The notes below the pieces were generated by a model. The model searched no databases and was not told the DNA's origin. It was given only the letters and a program-made list of their open reading frames with translations. A program made the translations under genes and the position numbers. This document shows, one piece after another, positions 18,201-29,849 of a DNA stretch of 43,047 nucleotides (its first letter is position 1; the number at the start of each line of letters is the position of its first letter). Origin of the DNA: an uncultured delta proteobacterium (GTDB lineage: Bacteria > Desulfobacterota > Binatia > UBA9968); assembly GCA_963737905.1 (NCBI GenBank), contig CAVTUQ010000033.1:1-43047 (forward strand). The letters run 5' to 3'.

Positions 18201-19182
18201 CTACCCGTTCCACTGATAACTTAAACCGGCGAAGTCGATCGCGTAATGGCCGCCCTGTTTTACCCCACGGACGAAGGAATCCGCTTCTTTGAGCTTCGGA
18301 CAATACATCTCGAAGAGATTTCCCGTCGGGTCGCGAAAATACAGGAGACCCTTGATGCCGTCGCGCGTCCACGGCTCGGAGGTCGTGACGCCGTTCTGTC
18401 GGAGCCACGCGACCATCGGTAAAAAATCTTTCGGTTCGACAAAAAAAGCGTAGTGGGGATACTCGGCGTCTCGTCTGGTGGGCCGGCCGGGGCGTTCCGT
18501 GAACCCGATGATGATCCCGGCAACCCGCACCTCGGCGAAACCATCGACGTCGTGGATCAGCTCGCCGCCGATGACTTTGGTGAAGAAACGTTTCGCCTGT
18601 TCGAGATCGCCGCAGACAATACTCGTATGAGCGAAAGCCGTGAACTTCGGCCTCTGCAGTGCCGTGTCACCATCGAGTGCGCCCTTGTTATTCCAGTGGT
18701 AACTGAGGCCGCGAAAATCGATCGGTGGACCTCCGCGTCTGGGAGCGGAGGGCAACGACTCAATCGCTTCGTAACCGGTATCGCAGTAGAGCTCGAAGAG
18801 ATTACCCGACGGGTCGCGGAAGTAGATAAGCGCGGTATCACCCCGCCGATAGGGATAGTTCGGAACCCCGTATCTATCGAGCCAATTCTTCATCAGCTCG
18901 AAGTTCGGGCCGCTAATATAGAACGCATAGTGGGGATACTCGGCGTCGGGGCCAGTCCAACCGTCCGGCTGTTCGGAAAGCCCGATGATGATGTCCTCGA
19001 TCCGGAACTCCACAAAGCCTTGGATTCCGTGGACCAGTTCCCCGCCCATGACGTTGGCATAAAAGATCTTCGATTCTTCGATGTCGCGGCAGGGAAGGCT
19101 CACGTGACTCATGCCGGAGAAGAGCGGTCGCGTTGCGGGCGAAACTTGATTGCCCGTCGTAGGGGTCACACGTCGTTTCCAT
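18201..19182 (-). CDS. Two-domain VOC (glyoxalase/bleomycin resistance/dioxygenase) protein
   Basis: Duplicated HxS...EYPHYAF...YFRDPxGNLFE modules. The RBS-preceded ATG at 19182 is out of frame with the body, so the start is uncertain (probable 1-bp error). Confidence 0.8.
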
Positions 19183-19221
19183 CTTTGTGTCTCCTTTCTT
19201 AGGTGAGAGCAGGGGTTCACC

Positions 19222-20530
19222 TCAGGCAACTGCCTCTTGGAATGTCAGCGGAGCCTCTTCCGAAGCACGATCGTCCAAATTTACTTTCTTGCCGTCCTTG
19301 ATGACCATCGCGAGGTTGGAAGAATCTTGCAACACTCGTATATCCGCCACCGGGTTTTGCTTTAAAATGATAACGTCTGCCAGCTTTCCGGCCTCGAGCA
19401 TTCCTACTTCGTTTTCCAACCCCACCGCAAACGCATTGTCTCGGGTGCAAGCCGTGATCGCCTCCAGCGGCGTATAGCCGCCGTAACGAACAAAAATCTC
19501 CGCCTCTTTGGCGTGCATTTTCCCGTAAGGCATCCAGGAGTAATTGCCGGTATCCGTACCGCACATGACTTTTATCCCCATAGCGCGCGCCCGTTGCAAC
19601 ACGTTCACGAGCCCATCCATATTGCGCTTCATCCGGTCGATGCTAATTTGAATCTGGTCCTGTCCGACCTCACGACCGAAGTCCAACACCCGCTCCACGA
19701 AGGTCGCGGTGGGCACGATCCGGACGCCTGCTTTTGCCACAGCTTCGAGGTCACCTTCGGTTGCCAGGTCGGTATGCATGATCCAGTCGACGCCCGCTTC
19801 CGCGGCGGCTCGGGTCGAGGCCGAGCCTCTGGAGTGAATCGCGACCCGAACGTTGTGACGGTGCGCTTCGTTGACCACCGCCGCGATCTCTTCTTTGGAA
19901 ATCGTCTGGGCTTCGCCGGACCGGCTATCCGCCATCTTGATGAAGTCGACGCCGTGCTTGCACTGTCGCCGCACCTCGGTGACCATCTCCTCCGCAGTGT
20001 TGGCGAGGATGCCGATGGAGTGCTCCGGGGTGCCTACCCAGGAGGGTTCTTCGTCCTCTATTGATCCGTAGGTCACGATCATGCGGCTGGCACAATAAAC
20101 ACGAGGGCCCTCGATCAACCCAACTTTTATGGCGTCCCGCACCGCCACGTCAGTGAACCACGTCCCGCCTGGCACGGAGATGCTGGTCACCCCGGAGCGC
20201 AGGACCTTCTGAGCGTTCCATGCCGCGCGAAGGGTATTCAATTCGGGTCTGGTTGTACCCTTACCTCTGGCCTCGCCAGGCAATTTGGGGTTGCCGTAGG
20301 AAAGGTGGGTATGAGCGTCGATGAGTCCCGGCATAATCCATTGTCCGGCAGCGTTGATAACCTCAACATTGTCTCTGTCTTCGAGCTTTATATCGCCGGG
20401 GAGACGACCCGGTGCTTTTGATGCGATTACCCTGGATTACAATGGCCTCATTCCGAGTCGGAGAAGACCCAGTGCCATCGATCAAGGTTCCGTTGGAAAT
20501 CACGAGGGTTCGCTTGCTATGGGTGCTCAT
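19222..20530 (-). CDS. Metal-dependent amidohydrolase (Xaa-Pro dipeptidase-like), one frameshift near 20410
   Basis: N-terminus LVISNGTLIDGTG from ATG 20530 (RBS AGGAGG), then MPGLIDAHTH, GVDFIK, GTDTG, GKLADVIIL; span is 3n+1. Confidence 0.85.
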
Positions 20531-20771
20531 CTAAACCTCCTGCTATAAGTCAAACCTCTGTCAATCACATGATGCTTATAAGCGGCCTCTATCACGCCTC
20601 CGCTTGGGACTGCAATGAGAAGAGTGGGCTCGCTTTCTCCCCTCGAAGCATTGCAATACAAACTTATCATTCGGAATTTTTCTTCTCTAGCGTTGCGTTT
20701 AGCAAATTCGTCGCATAATTTTTACGTCAACATCGCTGGATTCCCGCATCCTCGGTAAGAATGCGGGATCC

Positions 20772-20813
20772 GAACGTTTTGAACGGCTTGAACGATTTGA
20801 ACGTTTTGAACTG
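20772..20813. repeat. Tandem 9-bp repeat (GAACGNNTT) x5
   Basis: GAAC at 20772, 20781, 20790, 20799 and 20808, immediately upstream of the SDR RBS. Confidence 0.75.
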
Positions 20814-20837
20814 TTACAAAACATGGGAGGGATCGTG

Positions 20838-21623
20838 ATGAAATTAGACGGCCAGGTTGCGATTGTGGTGGGCAGCGCTCGGGGAATAGGCGAGACGATC
20901 GCCCATAGGTTTGCGCAAGAAGGTTCGAGCATTGTGCTGGTGGATCTCGAAAAGATGAAACCCCAGCTTGATCAAGTGGCGCAAGAAATTATCCGGAAAG
21001 GCGGCAGAGCCATTGCCATCGTGGCCGACTGCACGGATGATCAGCAGGTAAACGTCATGGTGGATGAGACTCTACGGCACTGGGGCAAAATCGATATTCT
21101 GGTCAACAGCGCGGGTCTCAGAGGACCTCTGGTGCCGGTGGCAGAGATCACGGAGCAGGAATGGGATCTGGTGCTCGCTGTAAATCTAAAGGCGGTGTTT
21201 CTTTGCTGCAGGGCCGTATTGAAAGTCATGATCAAGCAGAAAAGCGGCAGCATCGTCAGCATCTCAGGCACGGCAGGGAAAGAAGGAATGGCGCTTCGCG
21301 GCTCTCTGTGCGCGGCGAAGTGGGGGCTCTTGGGTCTGACGCAGACTATTGCCAAAGAAGCCGGCCCTCACGGTGTGCGAGCCAATGTAATTTGTCCCGG
21401 CGGAATGGACGAACCGGATCTCCGAACCATGTACGCGGAAAGGGCCAAAGGCTTGGGTATGGAATTCTCCGAGTTAGAAAAGAGCGTCTTAGAGCTTACG
21501 CCTTTGCGAAAATATGCCAAGCACGACGAAGTCGCCAACGCCGCGCTGTTTCTGGCATCGAGCGACTCGTCCCACACCACCGGTGAATCACTCAACGTCT
21601 CCGGCGGCCGCTTGATGAGCTAA
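20838..21623 (+). CDS. Short-chain dehydrogenase/reductase
   Basis: VGSARGIG, DILVNSAG, GVRANVICPG, TGESLNVSGG; the catalytic YxxxK reads LCAAK. Confidence 0.9.
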   Translation: MKLDGQVAIVVGSARGIGETIAHRFAQEGSSIVLVDLEKMKPQLDQVAQEIIRKGGRAIAIVADCTDDQQVNVMVDETLRHWGKIDILVNSAGLRGPLVPVAEITEQEWDLVLAVNLKAVFLCCRAVLKVMIKQKSGSIVSISGTAGKEGMALRGSLCAAKWGLLGLTQTIAKEAGPHGVRANVICPGGMDEPDLRTMYAERAKGLGMEFSELEKSVLELTPLRKYAKHDEVANAALFLASSDSSHTTGESLNVSGGRLMS

Positions 21624-21659
21624 CAAACTTCGTGTGTGACCCGCGATTTGAACAGACTC

Positions 21660-22025
21660 GGAAATGAACGCAGATCTGCTTCAAAGATTCCTCAATTCAC
21701 CCATCTTCCTGATATCGAAACATTCGCCAGATCTGAAAAAGAGCGAAGCCTCATCGCCATGTTCCGGCTGCTGCGCGGCGCGGGCTCACCCTATTTCGTA
21801 GCTCCGGGAACACCAAAAGAGCGTGTGCAAATTCTTCAGGCGGCGTTTCGCAAAGCCTATGATGACCCTGAGTTTGAAAAAGAATACCGGAAGGTCACTG
21901 GCGATGATCCCTCACCGATCAATCCGGAAAACTATCAAACCGCGATCCGAGAAATCCCGCGCGACCCGGAAACCATAGAACTGCACAAGAAGTTCTCCAG
22001 CGGAGATCCTCTTCCCAATCGATAG
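21660..22025 (+). pseudogene. C-terminal fragment of a tripartite tricarboxylate transporter (TctC/Bug) binding protein
   Basis: LPDIETF...GSPYFVAPGTPKERVQILQAAFRKAYDDPEF resembles TctC C-termini; no N-terminus or signal peptide. Confidence 0.6.
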
Positions 22026-22056
22026 GGTTCACGGCGCTGGACGCCATGAGGTGCCG

Positions 22057-22403
22057 CTAACTATGGTCGGTCAGGAGCGTCTCCAGCTTGTCTAAGACTT
22101 CGTTCGTCGTTTCCGGCGGCAACTTACAAACGAATTCTGCTTTCCGAAAGCGCCAGTCGAGGCTTTTCACTTGGTCGGCAAGAACGACACCGCCGACCTT
22201 TGAACCGGCGGGAATCGTTACTTCAAAAGGATAACCCTTAATCTGGCTCGTAACCGGACAGAGTATAGCCAAACCTACTTTGCCGTTGTACGATGACGGT
22301 GAAAGAACGACGGCCGGCCGGCGGCCGGCTTGCTCGTGGCCTGCTTGAGGATTGAGGGTAATCCAGATCACATGCCGCGGGCTGGAACGTATCGGCGGGC
22401 CAT
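22057..22403 (-). CDS. mazF: MazF/PemK endoribonuclease toxin, frameshifted near codon 10
   Basis: ATG overlaps the mazE stop (TAATG); MARRYVPARG then, after a missing base, VIWITLNPQAGHEQAGRRPAVVLSP...LADQVKSLDWR. Confidence 0.85.
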
Positions 22404-22645
22404 TACCAGATCTCGCGGCCAACCGGCGAGCCGAAGTCAACCTCGTCGTGCAGATTTTTCTTATTCACCCTCGCCAGAAGCTGCTTGAGCGACAGTCTCT
22501 TTTTCTGAACCGGCGTAGCGACGACTTTTCCGTCAGAAACTGCTAGATTCAGGACGGTGCCTTCCTTGACTTCAGCGTCTTCAGCCAGGGGTTTGGGAAT
22601 CCTAACAGCCAGGCTGTTTCCCCATTTTTGAACCCGAACCTGCAT
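22403..22645 (-). CDS. mazE: AbrB/MazE antitoxin
   Basis: MQVRVQKWGNSLAVRIPK...LHDEVDFGSPVGREIW; RBS GGAGG. Confidence 0.9.
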   Translation of the reverse strand: MQVRVQKWGNSLAVRIPKPLAEDAEVKEGTVLNLAVSDGKVVATPVQKKRLSLKQLLARVNKKNLHDEVDFGSPVGREIW

Positions 22646-22660
22646 CGGCACACCTCCCTT

Positions 22661-22702
22661 TGTATCTACATTGAAGATACAGAGCTCGCTGCTTGCCGTC
22701 AA
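22661..22702 (-). promoter_or_regulatory. mazEF promoter and autoregulatory operator
   Basis: TTGACG-N17-TATCTT on the minus strand; palindrome TGTATCT-N7-AGATACA (22661-22681) overlaps the -10. Confidence 0.7.
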
Positions 22703-22757
22703 GCCCAGGACCGCCGCGTTTTTTGTCTCCAGCCGCCAGAAAGGCAATAATAGAGCG

Positions 22758-23984
22758 ATGATCATCGTGCTCCTGAGTTTTTGCATTCCACTCTGTGCGG
22801 CCTGGGTCGTGGGTTTTGCTTACCTAATCGTATCGATCAAGTGCTTGCCGGTCTTTCGCAAGCAACATGCGCCCATGCCCGATCTCTGGCCATGCTTAAG
22901 CGTGGTGATTCCCGCTTGTAACGAAGCTGCTGCCCTGGACTCAGCCGTAGCTACTCTCTTGCAGCAGGATTACTCTAACTTGGAGATTATTTTGGTCGAT
23001 GATCGTTCCACCGACGGCACGGGCGAACTCATCGACCGCCTCGCGCGTCAAGATCGAAGGGTTCGTGCGGTCCACGTCGAGACTCTGCCCCAGGGATGGC
23101 TCGGTAAAGTACACGCCTTGCACCGAGGAGTCGAGCAGGCTAGCGGCGACTGGCTACTGTTTACCGATGCCGACGTCCACTTTGCCGCCGGAACCTTACG
23201 GCGCGCCGTCGCCCTTGTGCTGCACCAACGCGTCGATCATCTCACCCTGATACCGCGAACCATCCAAAAGAGTTTCTGGCTTGAAGTGGCGGTGAGCACT
23301 TTTGGGTTGTTGTTTTTTATCACCACCCGCGCCGCCAGCGTTAACCGGCCGGGTAGCAAGGCCTTCATCGGGATCGGCGCGTTTAATCTCGTCAACGCCG
23401 AGCAGTTTCACCGGACCGTTGGGTTTGAATGGTTACGGCTGGAGCCCGGCGACGACGTGGGCTTGGGCATGATCATAAAACAGGCTGGGGGAACGACGCG
23501 CCTCGCGTTTGCTTACGAGGATCTGTCCGTACAGTGGTACGCTTCGGTCGCGGCGATGTTCAAAGGGCTGGAGAAAAACCTTTTTGGCCCCGGCTCCGAT
23601 TACCGCTGGTGGCTAATGCTTCTCCGGGTGGGAATGATCTGGGCGCTGGTTGTGGCTCCCTATTTCTCTTTGGGCTTCGGCCTCGCGCAGGGATTAGTGC
23701 CCCTCTGGATCGCCGGTGCCGCCGCCATCAGCATGCATGTGATATTTTCCGTTTTTTTCGTCGCCGAGCAAAAACCGAAAAGCGTCAGCCTGTTGCTGTT
23801 TCCTGTGGGCGTGCTCTTGATTACCGCTATGATGTTGCGCGCGGGATATCGGTGCGTCAAGAACGGCGGCATCGACTGGCGCGGCACCCATTACCCACTC
23901 GACGAACTACGGACCGGTCAACGCGTAAAATTCTTGAACCCGAGCATCGCAAAAATCGCCAACCGTATCAGGTTTGATCGATAA
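22758..23984 (+). CDS. Family 2 glycosyltransferase, membrane-associated (HpnB/CrtQ-like)
   Basis: LSVVIPACNE, VDDRSTDGT, LPQGWLGKVHAL, FTDAD, GDDVGL, C-terminal TM helices and IDWRG. Confidence 0.85.
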   Translation: MIIVLLSFCIPLCAAWVVGFAYLIVSIKCLPVFRKQHAPMPDLWPCLSVVIPACNEAAALDSAVATLLQQDYSNLEIILVDDRSTDGTGELIDRLARQDRRVRAVHVETLPQGWLGKVHALHRGVEQASGDWLLFTDADVHFAAGTLRRAVALVLHQRVDHLTLIPRTIQKSFWLEVAVSTFGLLFFITTRAASVNRPGSKAFIGIGAFNLVNAEQFHRTVGFEWLRLEPGDDVGLGMIIKQAGGTTRLAFAYEDLSVQWYASVAAMFKGLEKNLFGPGSDYRWWLMLLRVGMIWALVVAPYFSLGFGLAQGLVPLWIAGAAAISMHVIFSVFFVAEQKPKSVSLLLFPVGVLLITAMMLRAGYRCVKNGGIDWRGTHYPLDELRTGQRVKFLNPSIAKIANRIRFDR

Positions 23985-24147
23985 GAAAGAGGTCAAGGCA
24001 TCACGACGATCACTGCGAAGGAGGGTGAATATCATCCGATATGAATGGCGCATCATGGTTACCTCCCGCAAGAAATTTGAACAAGTGGAAAAAATTCCAA
24101 TGAGACTTTCTTCCTTAAACCAAAGCGCGCCGCCGCGTGTGATCCGT

Positions 24148-26290
24148 TCACTTCGCCAACGGGTCTGGGCGAAGCTGGAAGTGCACGACGAGCGGCTTGG
24201 AGCCTTTGCCGCTCTCCATCAACCACGGCGCACGGTCCCCACTCGAGCTCCACAATCCACGGCCTTTCCAGCCGGCTTTCGGATCGTCGATCCGCCCGTC
24301 GAAACCTTTGGCGTAAAAGCCGAGCGGATAGGGCACGGTCAGCAGGATCATCTTGCCGTCTTTCAGCGCGACAAGGCCATGGTGCAAGTTGGCGGTGGAC
24401 ATCGGCACGTCCTCGCCGAGGCCGAACGTGTCGTGCTGGTCGACCCAAGAGTAGTAGCTCGACTCCGCACTGTTCTCGCCGATTCCCTTAAATCCAGGAC
24501 CGGGGTATTGATAGAAGGACCAGCCCTCGGGGCAGTGATCGCCGGTCGCCTTCGGTCCGTTGAGCGGACCTTTGCATTTTTTTCGGTCGAAGCTGGCGAG
24601 ATGGCCGCTCGAGAGTGATGCCCAGACAACTCCTTGCTTGTCGATGTCGGCGCCGCGGATGCCAAAGCCCGGGAGCGGAATGTTATAGATTTCGGCGAGC
24701 GCCGTCTCCGAGGGATTCGCCCCGGGCGCGATGCGCACGATTGCGCCTGGAAAAGTTCGCACCGAGCCCCATACCGAACCATCGGCCGGGCTCGGCATCA
24801 CGGCGTAGAAACCTGCCGAGATCCGCTTGTCCTTGGTCGGATCCACCGGTTCCTTGGGCTCGACGTACGCGTCGCGCTTGCCGTTGCCGTTGGTGTCGAG
24901 GATCATCGGCGTCCAGCCCTGTGCTTTAGCCGCGTCGCCGGTCTCGTCGAATATCTTCATGTCGAGCCAGCCGACAACCTGACCGCCGCCGCTGGTCCAC
25001 AGTACATCGTTGGCGTCGAACTGCAGATGATGCGTCCCGAAGCAGGTGTCGACGAACGTGTACTGCTGCGTCTTGGGATCGAGCATCGCAAGCTGGCGGT
25101 TCGTCCGCTCCACCGGAAAGGCTTTGGCCGAAGGATGGTCCGAGCCTTTCTTGCAGAAAGCCGGATTGTTCGGACCGCGGACTGCCGCCGCGAACCACAC
25201 CCGTCCCTTGCGATCGAACATGCCGTTGTGGTTGTTCGCTTTGCTCGTCCAGACCTGTTCGTTGCCCCAGTAAGGGGACGGCTGCATCGGTTTTTCGTCC
25301 ATCGCGACAGGCGTATCCGGATCACGCACGGGGGTCCGGAAGTTAGTGACGCTATGCGTTTTCGGATCGAGGACGGGAATGATATCGACGCTGAGCTCGG
25401 TTGAGCCGTAGACCGGGCCATAGGCATTCACGGTCGGGTAGCGACGATCCGAGGCGATCAGGTCGTGAAGGTAATGCTTCTCGTCGAGCCAATCCCAGGT
25501 CGTGACGACGATGTTACGCTCGACACCTTGGGGCCGCGGCGGCTTCGCGTGGGGCAACTCCCCCTTGGCGATGCGATCCGTGTAGTCAGCGAAATAAGGG
25601 AAAGCTGCGGCGCCGAGCTCTTTGACGGCCGTCGCGAACATGGGTACGCCACCTTGTCCCGACTGGATGCGGCGAAACCAAGCCTCTATGGAATTGGCGA
25701 ACTTACCCAAGGGATACGGCACGTCCTTGGGAAAAGTGCGCATCGCGAGCACGCCCTGCGAATGGCAATTGGCGCAGCCGTTCGATTTCATCAGGTTCAG
25801 ATATTCATTCTGAGTCAGTCTCGTCCGGAATTTTACCCTTGCCGCCGAACTCGGTCTTGTCCGGTATCTTCATCATGGAATACCAGTAAATCGCCGGATA
25901 ATATTTCGCCGCGGCTGCCTCGTCGGACGCTATCACGGCTTTGAGATTCACGATCTTTCCAGGGGCGCTTTTCACCTTCGGTGAATCAACCAGCCCGTAG
26001 CCGCGCACCCAGATGTTGTAATTGGCCTTCGGTAAGTCCGGCAGCAGGTAGCGCCCTTGATCGTCGGTGACCACCATTCTCGCGAACCGAGTCGGCAAAT
26101 CGGTGGTTTCCGCAATCACCCAGACGCCGGCTTCCGGCCCCTTCGAACTGGTCACAACGCCGCCGATATCATCATTGTCGATGGACACTGCTGCATTTTG
26201 TTGACTACTCAGCTGGCCTGGCCATGAAGCCAAGAAAGCGGCGATAACGACCGCCACCATGCCTACGTACAACGCTTTTGCTCGTTTCAT
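24148..26290 (-). CDS. Secreted carboxypeptidase-regulatory-like domain / CXXCH heme / beta-propeller protein, copy 1 (one frameshift near 25815)
   Basis: Signal peptide; DIGGVVTSSKGPEAGVWVIAETTDLPT; YPAIYWY; NGCANCHSQG; HYLHD; DTCFGTHHLQF; HFQLRPDPLAK*. Confidence 0.8.
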
Positions 26291-26379
26291 ATCGCGCTCC
26301 TTCGGACTCACGTGGAGTCCATTCGCACGGGAACCCGATCGCTCGGATTTTATTGTTAGAAGATCAACCGTTGCGGGGG

Positions 26380-26409
26380 AGCGTACCGAAAATTGAAGTG
26401 TTGTGTCAA
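26380..26409 (-). promoter_or_regulatory. Sigma70-like promoter for copy 1
   Basis: Minus strand TTGACA-N18-TACGCT. Confidence 0.5.
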
Positions 26410-26504
26410 CTTGAATTAGACCAAATCGGGGTCTCCGCCGAATCGTGAGTGTTGGCAGGACCAAATGGTCCCGCCAACACTCACACGAATCCAAGTCGAT
26501 TTCT

Positions 26505-28693
26505 TCACTTCGCCAGCGGATCGGGGCGAAGCTGGAAGTGCACGACGATCGGCGTCCGGCCTTTGCCACCCTCTTTGAGCCACGGCGCGCGGTCGCCGCT
26601 CGTGGTCCACAGGCCGCGCCCCTTCCAGCCGGCTTTCGGATCGTCAATGCGCCCGTCGAAGCCTTTGGCGTAGAAGCCCATCGGATAAGGCACGCGCAAC
26701 ACGATCATCTTGCCGTCTTTCATCGCGATCAAACCGTCGTTCAAGTTACCTGTGGACATCGGCACGTCCTCGCCGAGCCCAAACGTGTTGTGCTGGTCGA
26801 CCCAGGTGTAGTAACTCGATTCCGCGCTATTCTCGCCGATGCCTTGAAAGCCGGGACCCGGGTATTCATAGAAGGACCAGCCTTCTGGGCAGTGATCACC
26901 GGTCGCCTTCGGCCCGTTGAGCGGACCTTTGCATTTGCGCCGGTCGAAGCTGCCGAGATGACCACTGGCGAGCGATACCCAGACAACGCCTTGCTTGTCG
27001 ATGTCTGCGCCACCGCGGATTCCAAAGCCAGGCTTCGGCACGTTGTATATCTCGGCGAGCGCGGTCGCCGGCGGATTAGCTCCCGGAGCGAGCCGCACGA
27101 TGGCCGCCGGGATTGGCAAAGACGCCGATGGAACCCCAGATCGAACCGTCGACAGGACTCGGCATCACGGCGTAAAACCCCCGACGATCCGTTTGTCCTT
27201 GGTCGGGTCAACCGGTTGATTGGGCTCAACATATTCGTCGCGCTTGCCGTTGCCGTTGGTGTCCAAAATAAGCGCCGTCCAGCCCTGCGATTTCGCGACA
27301 TCACCCGTCTCGTCGAGCATCTTGGTATTGATCCAGCCGACCACCGGGCCGCCGCCGCTGGTCCAGAGCATATCGTTGGCATCGTAGCCGAACTGCAAGA
27401 TGATGGGTTTGAAAGCAGGTATCAACGAACGTGTACTGCTTCGTCTTGGGATCAAACATCGTAATCTGGCGGTTGGTCCGCTCCAGAGGAAAGAGCTTGG
27501 CCGAAGGCTGGTCGGAGCCTTTCTTGCAAAAGGCCGGGTTGCCGGCTTCACGAAACCTCGCCGCGAACCAGACCCGCCCTTTCTTATCAAACATGCCGTT
27601 GTGGTTATTAGATTTGCTGTCCCAGATCTTCTCATCTCCCCAATAAGGCGAAGGTTGCATCAATTTTATCGCTCGCCGCATGGCCCGGCCCGAGAGCCTC
27701 CGGCATGTCTAGCATCCCGCACCGGCGTCGGCGAGGTTCGTCGCGGTATGCTTTCACTGGATCGAGGATCGGCATCAATATTGGCGCTATATTCGGTGGA
27801 TCCGTAAAGCGGCCCATAGGCATTGACCGTCGGGTAGCGCCGATCCGAAGCAATCAGGTCGTGAAGATAATGCTTTTCATCAAGCCAATCCCAGGTAGTG
27901 ACAACGATGTTGCGCTCTACTCCTTGCGGCCGCGGCGGGCTTCGCATCTGGCAGCTCGCCCTTCGCGATGCGGTCCGTCCAGTCCGCGAAATAACGGAGG
28001 GGCGCGGCGCCGAGTTCCTTGACAAGCGTGCTAAACATGAATTCGCCGGCTTGCCCGGACTGGATGCGGCGGAACCATGCTTCCTCAGAATTGGCGAACT
28101 TGCCGAGCGGGTGCGGCACCTCGCGTCGGGAACGTCCGCGTGGAAAGCTGGCCGATCTGATGGCAGCCGACGCACGACCGTTGTTTTTCATCGACGGTGA
28201 GCCATTCGCTCTGGGTTATCTTGGCCGGAATTTTTCCCTTGCCGCCGAACTCGCTCGCCTCCGGAATCTTCATCATGGAATACCAGTAGATCGCCGGATA
28301 ATATTGCGCTGCGGCAGGTCTCGTTCGGCGCCACCACCGCTTTCAAATTGAGATATCTTGCCGGGCGTCGCTTTGACTTTCGGCGAATCGACGAGCCCAT
28401 AGCCGCGCACCCAGATGTTGTAATTGGCTTTGGGAAGGTCCGGCAGCAGATAGCGCCCTTGATCGTCGGTGACCACCATTCTGGCGAACCGGGTGGGAAG
28501 ATCGGTGGTTTCCGCGATCACCCAGACGCCGGCTTCCGGTCCCCTTCGAACTGGTCACAACGCCGCCGATATCATCATTGTCGATGCTGACTGAGGCACT
28601 TTGTTGGCTGCTCAGTTGGCCTGGCCATGAAGCGAGGAAAGCAGCAATGCCGACCGCCACAACACCTAGGTAAACGAGTCTTTTAGTCCTCAT
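26505..28693 (-). pseudogene. Paralog of the 24148-26290 gene, copy 2, many frameshifts
   Basis: Same blocks spread over several frames: MRTKRLVYLG..., AETTDLPTRFARMVVTDDQGRY, CVGCHQIG, TTWDWLDEKHYLHD, PSPYWGDEKIW, HFQLRPDPLAK*. Confidence 0.8.
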
Positions 28694-28787
28694 GTCCCGC
28701 TCCTTTCTCTTTGCCCATAGTTCAATCGGAGGCAAGTCTGCCATCCGTAAGACCGCTTTGATGCGTAAGTGACTTTCGATGCCGCAG

Positions 28788-28815
28788 AGTATCGAAAAAT
28801 GACGGGCTATGTCAA
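28788..28815 (-). promoter_or_regulatory. Sigma70-like promoter for copy 2
   Basis: Minus strand TTGACA-N16-GATACT. Confidence 0.5.
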
Positions 28816-28919
28816 TGTAGATTAAGCAGCCTTAGCGGGGAAAAAAGCGCGGTCGACTTGGCGGCAAGAATGGCAGCCACAGTATTCGCACTTTGAAAGC
28901 GTGCTTTTCAGTTTCGATC

Positions 28920-29790
28920 TTAGATTAGCTTCTCTACGATAGAGACCGCCGTGACCTCTTTGGCTCTTGGATCCTGCAGCGCCACTTCGTTGAGTATAGA
29001 GGAGATCGAATTCAAGGAAGGCGTCAACGTCGGCTCGAAGCCTGCGGCAAATAACTCATAGCATTTCTCTAGCACCTCCGGCTTTCTTTTCTAGAGCCGG
29101 AAGCCAGCGACCGATTTCCTTTAGCGTCGCCTGCGGCTGGCTCTTGAAGAGGCGGATACTCTCTACATAGATCGAGGCGATTTTCTTGACCAGCTCTCGA
29201 TTGGCGGCGAGAAATCGTCGAGTAGTGGCGAGCGGCACCCAATGACAGTCGAGAGCGAGGCTGTCCGCCACCACGTGAAATCCTTCCGTCTCCGCCAGAA
29301 ATGCTTTCTCAGGCGGTAAAAGCGCCGCGTCGATCTCCCCTCCTCTCAACGCCTCCGCGCTCCGGTCATTGACGCCGAGATCCACGAGGATCAGGTCACG
29401 CTCCCTATTCAGCTCCCACCTTCTTAACAACGCCAGCATCACCATGCCCGCCATGCGTCGCGGGTGATTGATCCCAATTCGTTTGCCCTTGAGATCGGCT
29501 ATTCCTCCGATGGTCGCGTTGGCCGCCAGATAAAAAGCCGGACGGTTGAGAATCCCGCCAACGATCACCAGATCGTTCCCTTCGAGAAGCGAGAAGATCA
29601 TGGAGGGAGCATTGGGCGTGCCGACGGGAGTCGCCTGCGTGGCGATATCGGTGACAACCTTCTCTTCATCTTGCTGATTCACCACTTCGACAGAAATATT
29701 TTCTTTAGCGAAAAGACCTGCGGCCTTTCCAACCAGCGGAAGAAAACGGCCGATGCTGGAAACCCCGATGCCTATTTTTATTTCATCCAT
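28920..29790 (-). CDS. NMT1/SsuA-type substrate-binding protein, frameshift in the A-run near 29085
   Basis: LPLVGKAAGLFAKENISVEVV, ADLKGKRIG, GEIDAALL; the other frame continues PEVLEKCYELFAAGFEP...DPRAK; no obvious signal peptide. Confidence 0.7.
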
Positions 29791-29849
29791 TCGCCACTCT
29801 GAAATCCAGTTCATATACGACAAAAACTCACAGTGATAACAGCTCTTGG

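Noticed and set aside
20772-20813. Possible CRISPR array or GAAC-N7-GAAC LexA boxes
   Set aside because: Units are 9 bp with no spacers, spacing is GAAC-N5-GAAC, and no cas genes are present
24148-28693. Diversity-generating retroelement template/variable repeat pair
   Set aside because: Whole-gene paralogy, differences not adenine-specific, and no reverse transcriptase in the window
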